The translations under genes and the position numbers were made by a program. From Candidatus Bathyarchaeota archaeon (lineage in GTDB: Archaea; Thermoproteota; Bathyarchaeia; Bathyarchaeales; Bathycorpusculaceae), in assembly GCA_963806535.1 (NCBI GenBank), contig CAWDYC010000005.1:64001-128000 (forward strand): 64,000 nt of DNA. Reading direction: 5' to 3'. Each line of letters opens with the position of its first letter. The stretch's first letter is position 1. Positions 59,640-64,000 of this stretch are shown here, piece after piece. The notes below the pieces were generated by a model. That model was given only the letters and a program-made list of their open reading frames with translations. It made no database searches and had not been told where the DNA came from.

Positions 59640-60842
59640 ATGGACTTCAAGTACAAACTAATCGTCGTTGCTGTTTTAGCTTTGTTGAGTGGAACAGCGT
59701 TTGCGGCTCCAATGCTTATCGCGCCGTTGGACGTTAAACCTTATCCACATGTTAGTGAAGGACCAAAAGCTGATTTCAGCATCGACATTTTGTACGCTAA
59801 CCTGAGTGTTATTGAGTGGCAACGAAACCAGACATCGCAAAAATGGGTTGCTGATCCTACAACTGGCAATTACTCGACGGTAAACGTTACCGAGTCTATT
59901 CCTTACACAAACGTCACATACACAGTAATTGCGAACATGACCAACCTATCGGATTTAAGTGCAAAAATGCATGAAATGGGTTTTGCAGCCGCCCAAAGCA
60001 TAAGCATAGTTAATTCAGCGTTAGGCGGTGAATCCTTCAACCGAGGCTATGCTAAAGATCCAGGCGTTAGTTTTGGTGGTGTCGTAGACGGTGTTTGGCT
60101 AGACGGCAAATGGGTCAACACAACCTGGATCCCAGGCAAGAATTATCCCTACAACGTTTTTCAGATAATGACTCCACAGCATAGGACATTGTCTTCTATT
60201 CCTGATTTGCCTGAAAACTCCACCAATGACGGCACTTGGATAGAGGGCGTTCCAATAGGCGAATCCTATGATCCAACAAAAATGTCCGAGACGCAAATTT
60301 ACGTTAACGGTGCGTGGGTTGATGTAACCGGCAGAATACAACCAGGTACCCCACAACCGATAGTTCTAGCAAGCAATACACTAGTAGACCAAGTGTTAAC
60401 CTCAAGCACACCGATCTACCAGAACATGAACTCCAGTATCGGCCCGATAACCGCATTTCCTGATTGGCACATGTATAACTCCAACGGTCCAGCGTTGAAA
60501 TGGTCTGGGGGAACTGGATTTAGCTATGTTTGGGAACCCCACCAATCTAAACTCATCGCTTTCACAGGCATGCAATCTTACAATAATGCAGAGGGCACAA
60601 ATAGCACCCTTGCCTCTCTTGAAAACGGGAATATAACCCTCTACGGATCAATAACCAGCTTCATTAACAACATGCCAGTCGATGGCATATATTCCAACAC
60701 TGTTGCAACTGCCACATGTCTTAACACAGTGCAACTCCAAATAACACCCAACGGATACATATACAACCCCGTTCTCTCCGGTAACCAAACATTCCAGCTC
60801 TCCCCAAACGGTATTGAAGCATTCATAAAAGAGGAGCCATAA
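59640..60842 (+). CDS. Secreted hypothetical protein
   Basis: Signal peptide ending AFAAP; two 'V[WY][LV][DN]G.WV[ND].T' repeats; many N-x-S/T sequons. Confidence 0.7.
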   Translation: MDFKYKLIVVAVLALLSGTAFAAPMLIAPLDVKPYPHVSEGPKADFSIDILYANLSVIEWQRNQTSQKWVADPTTGNYSTVNVTESIPYTNVTYTVIANMTNLSDLSAKMHEMGFAAAQSISIVNSALGGESFNRGYAKDPGVSFGGVVDGVWLDGKWVNTTWIPGKNYPYNVFQIMTPQHRTLSSIPDLPENSTNDGTWIEGVPIGESYDPTKMSETQIYVNGAWVDVTGRIQPGTPQPIVLASNTLVDQVLTSSTPIYQNMNSSIGPITAFPDWHMYNSNGPALKWSGGTGFSYVWEPHQSKLIAFTGMQSYNNAEGTNSTLASLENGNITLYGSITSFINNMPVDGIYSNTVATATCLNTVQLQITPNGYIYNPVLSGNQTFQLSPNGIEAFIKEEP

Positions 60843-60843
60843 A

Positions 60844-61323
60844 TTGACAAACACCGAAGAGCTCGAAGGCACTACCCTAAACGTATATTCGTGCATGGTT
60901 AAGGAGGGTAAAGCGTTAGGTCCACGCGAAACAATGCGGCTTGCAAACCTTAGCAGCCCCAGCGTTGCTTATTGGCACCTGCAAAAACTGGAATCACTAG
61001 GCTTAATCGCTAAGAACGAGTACGGCGAATATACAGTCAAGGAAAAAATAAACATCAGCGGTCATTTATGGGTGGGGAAAACCCTTGTCCCGCGGCTGAT
61101 CTTCTATGCTTTCTTTTTCATCGGGATATTAATTGTGGAGGCAATAGTAATTGCCATTCCATTCTTTCAAAATGGCCAAACTCCAGGGTTGTACATTTTC
61201 TACTTGATGGGCCCAACTGCCATTGCTATGGTGCTGTTCCTTAGCGAAGGCATATGGTTGCGCAAAAAAACACAGAATGAAAGCGCCAAGAAAAAGGCAG
61301 CAGTGGAAAAACCACTGTCCTAA
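60844..61323 (+). CDS. Membrane-anchored winged-helix regulator (N-terminal wHTH plus two TMs)
   Basis: LEGTTLNVY...GPRETMRLANLSSPSVAYWHLQKLESLGLI.KNEYGEY, then two hydrophobic helices. Confidence 0.85.
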   Translation: MTNTEELEGTTLNVYSCMVKEGKALGPRETMRLANLSSPSVAYWHLQKLESLGLIAKNEYGEYTVKEKINISGHLWVGKTLVPRLIFYAFFFIGILIVEAIVIAIPFFQNGQTPGLYIFYLMGPTAIAMVLFLSEGIWLRKKTQNESAKKKAAVEKPLS

Positions 61324-61327
61324 GGCT

Positions 61328-61370
61328 GTTCTAACAATAGAACAAAGTGTTCTGTCATTAGAGCTATAAG
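61328..61370 (+). promoter_or_regulatory. Second copy of the tandem GTTCTA-N4-TAGAAC operator plus TATA
   Basis: GTTCTAacaaTAGAAC-aaagt-GTTCTGtcatTAGAGC-tataag. Confidence 0.75.
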
Positions 61371-61404
61371 TCGTAAATTACTTAGTGGCTAACCGGTAAG
61401 AAGT

Positions 61405-62325
61405 ATGAATAACATTAGAGCTAAACTGTTTGCGGCTTCTCCAGAATTGCCCCCAACAAATGAACAACCAATTTCATCATCGCCCGTCAAGCGCAGGTGG
61501 TTTGGAAAAAAGTTCTTTGGTTTATTAGCCGTCGTTGCGGTTGCAACAATTGTGGTAGCACTCTTTATTATTCCTCTGGGCTCAGCGGTAATACCGCTTA
61601 ACGTTGATTATACAGTTGGCGAGAAAATGGTTTACGATACAACCATTAATAGCAGTTTTGATAATTCGGCTATGCCATCAGGATCTACCGCTAACCTGCC
61701 TAGTAATACAACCATAAGTTACCAGCAAACTATAGACGTCACTGGTTTTGACGGAGAATACTACACCTTGAATCACACAATGACAATGGCTCTAAACAAT
61801 AAACCATTTAACTTCTCAGTGGTTGAGAAAATGAATAAAACTGGATACTCCGCGTACTTGCTTAACCTAGGAAGCACCCAGCAGGAAGTACCTAACAACG
61901 GATTAACAAGTAGCTCTTATCTTGCCCAGTTGTTAAACCAGCCAGAGGTTAAAGTGGGCGACACTGTAAATGTGCCGTTCCCAACCGGCAACTCAAGCAT
62001 TGGGGTTACAGGCGAATTAAAAATGACTTTCAAAGGCACCGAAGACCTCACAGTTCCAGCAGGCACATACAAAGTATTCAGAATAGACATAACAAGCAAC
62101 AACCTAAAAATGAACTATAGGACGCCATTGAGCGGCCTAAGTAACTTTACGCCAGCAAACATTACCATAGGCATGAACGTGAGCTATCAAATTTATATTG
62201 AGTATGGGACAATGAGGCAAATTAAGGCAAACATGCAAGAAAGCGTTTCAACTCAATCAGCAACAATGAACTACGGAATGAAAATGAACATGGATATGAC
62301 GCTTATCGAACATATTAAACCGTAA
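61405..62325 (+). CDS. Membrane-anchored extracellular beta-rich protein
   Basis: N-terminal TM; 'YTVGEKMVY' and 'EDLTVPAGTYKVFRI' (TVPAGT motif). Confidence 0.7.
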   Translation: MNNIRAKLFAASPELPPTNEQPISSSPVKRRWFGKKFFGLLAVVAVATIVVALFIIPLGSAVIPLNVDYTVGEKMVYDTTINSSFDNSAMPSGSTANLPSNTTISYQQTIDVTGFDGEYYTLNHTMTMALNNKPFNFSVVEKMNKTGYSAYLLNLGSTQQEVPNNGLTSSSYLAQLLNQPEVKVGDTVNVPFPTGNSSIGVTGELKMTFKGTEDLTVPAGTYKVFRIDITSNNLKMNYRTPLSGLSNFTPANITIGMNVSYQIYIEYGTMRQIKANMQESVSTQSATMNYGMKMNMDMTLIEHIKP

Positions 62326-62719
62326 TTAAGAGTCTTAAATGTTGACGTTGACTGAGAGTTAGGGCAGTTACATTGTTGCCGCGAAATGTCCGATTAGGGA
62401 TGCCCACTGGGGTCACTTTGAGCCATCGCATTCATTGTAAAAACATTTCTTGTTGGGTTGCTAACTTTCTTGTTTCAATTAATATAAGGCATTTTTTACT
62501 CTGTAAAAGTATATTTTGGCGAATTAGGAACCGCCAAGGAAGCAATGTTTATCAGTTTATTTTGGATGAATTCGGAACTAAATCGAGTAACTTATATTTT
62601 TCCGCAGATATTTCGATGCATTATATGAACATCTAAGAGTTGACATCTCTTAAAGCCGAGGTAACCCTTAATACGTTATTCCAAGTGTTTGATCTTTTCA
62701 TTGTCATTATTTTTATTTA

Positions 62720-62891
62720 ATCAATTTTTTTTCAATCCATCATTCGACATAGCCACAGTTAGGACAGTAAAGCGGAGTTATTTTATCACTAAAAGATCGC
62801 CTTGTTTTCTGATAAACATCGCCCCTTGACTGCCTGTCTTACCTATTCTCCTTTGCTTTCCGCATTTTGGACATTTCTTGGATTCTTGCAT
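62720..62891 (-). pseudogene. Degraded small double-Zn-ribbon protein
   Basis: MQESKKCPKCGK.../DKITPLYCPNCGYVE* with a frameshift and a premature stop. Confidence 0.5.
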
Positions 62892-63124
62892 AATTAAGCG
62901 TCATAAATTAGAATGATATACAAGTTGAAAATGGTCGTATGCTGGTTTGTTGGTTTACCACAAGAAACACAAAAAGCTGAAAACAGCTGAATTATAGATT
63001 AGAAAAATATTAGACACAAAAATTGAGCGCTCCAGCCTTGCTTGGTTTTCGCTGCTACCTTTTTAATCCGCTTTCCTTTCCATTTATTTGTTATTTCTTT
63101 TTTCATGATTCAATGCTCAAGTCT

Positions 63125-63739
63125 CTATGTTGAATTGAAAGGGCTTAGTTTGTTTCTTTTACGCCACTCCATATCTAACCCAAAGCCAAATAGCAACATC
63201 AATAATGCGGCAATGTCCAAATAAAATGGAGCGGTTGCAGGGACCTGGGGAGTAGAGTCAACAAATAACCTCAATAAATATGAACAAACCAATATTGCTC
63301 CACCAATCACACCAATAATTATGCCGCCTAATCTTAAATTGGGGTTTATGTTTTCACTAAGCAAGTTTTTGTGAGATGCCCTTTTCTTAAAATAATCATA
63401 AGAATAATATACAACCACAAAAAGAAAAACACTATAGTCAACTAACCTTCCTCCCCAAAGAAGTGCAAAACCACTAATTAAATTGTTCATTGTTAAAGAA
63501 TACAGAAACCATATTGTGAAGATTCCAATTCCAAAAGCAAGCATTAGAATTTTTGTTCTAAGGTTTATTTGACCAATTAACGAAGAGATGAAGGCTGAAG
63601 TTCCATGAAGCCATCGCCTCACTTTAAAACTAAGACTTCTGTCGACCGGGACGATTTGGGCTTTGAAAGGCGCATTTAAGACGGGTTCTTTTGGAAGCCA
63701 ACCCCTGATTCGATTTTCTAAACTCTTCTTCACATTCAT
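63125..63739 (-). CDS. Membrane protein with N-terminal 'IRGWLPKEP' motif
   Basis: MNVKKSLENRIRGWLPKEP followed by four TM helices. Confidence 0.7.
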   Translation of the reverse strand: MNVKKSLENRIRGWLPKEPVLNAPFKAQIVPVDRSLSFKVRRWLHGTSAFISSLIGQINLRTKILMLAFGIGIFTIWFLYSLTMNNLISGFALLWGGRLVDYSVFLFVVVYYSYDYFKKRASHKNLLSENINPNLRLGGIIIGVIGGAILVCSYLLRLFVDSTPQVPATAPFYLDIAALLMLLFGFGLDMEWRKRNKLSPFNST

Positions 63740-64000
63740 GCTCTCAACGGCGACCCTGTTACTCTTGATAATTCTTGCTTAGCTGTTGTTTCCGAACTGT
63801 TAGCATTGCTGTTTGATGCCTTTGGACTCAGGTAGAATCCAGATCCGAACCAACTTTGTACTATACGCATATTTTCCTTTTTTTCTAAGACGGAAAATAA
63901 GATAACTCTCGTTATTTGGAATGAAACTCCATAAGCATAAAAAGAAATCAAAGATCCTTGCAAAGCTGATGGCTTGCTTACAAAGAAACCAAAAATAAAG
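63736..64000 (-). CDS. 3' part of a probable membrane protein running off the window
   Basis: Frame is open to the window edge; TGA overlaps the ATG of the next gene. Confidence 0.5.
   Translation of the reverse strand, partial: FIFGFFVSKPSALQGSLISFYAYGVSFQITRVILFSVLEKKENMRIVQSWFGSGFYLSPKASNSNANSSETTAKQELSRVTGSPLRA

Noticed and set aside
62373-62636. 87-aa ORF
   Set aside because: No motif or start-context support; the region looks degraded
57616-64000. Intact provirus
   Set aside because: No portal, capsid, tail, integrase or att repeats recognisable

Overview
Archaeal chromosomal segment. Gene content, TTG/GTG starts, ribosomal-protein order and lineage-typical families suggest Bathyarchaeia (inference, not a database result). 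Core blocks are rpl14e-cbf5-methyltransferase, a tRNA-Leu(UAA) with a D-loop intron, and the rpp21-yhbY-rps19e-PDCD5-rpl39e-rpl31e-aIF6-rplX-pfdA-ftsY superoperon. Accessory content includes a four-gene NHEJ operon (LigD-Pol, Ku, ligase, LigD-phosphoesterase) extended by DUF72 and an MBL hydrolase, a ~22 kb surface-polysaccharide locus (processive GT2 plus DUF3131-like protein, GT-C enzymes, flippase, Rml genes), an orphan terminase pair, and membrane-anchored wHTH regulators with readable tandem palindromic operators. The most unusual signal is non-coding: a dispersed intergenic element (4 clear copies, several degenerate). Each copy has a fixed-geometry core (TGCAA-N25-RCAA-NYY-RAAACACAAA) preceded by a 10-bp-phased mini-array whose unit differs in every copy. 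Many accessory genes carry single-base frameshifts that look like sequencing indels, so pseudogene and fusion calls are provisional.
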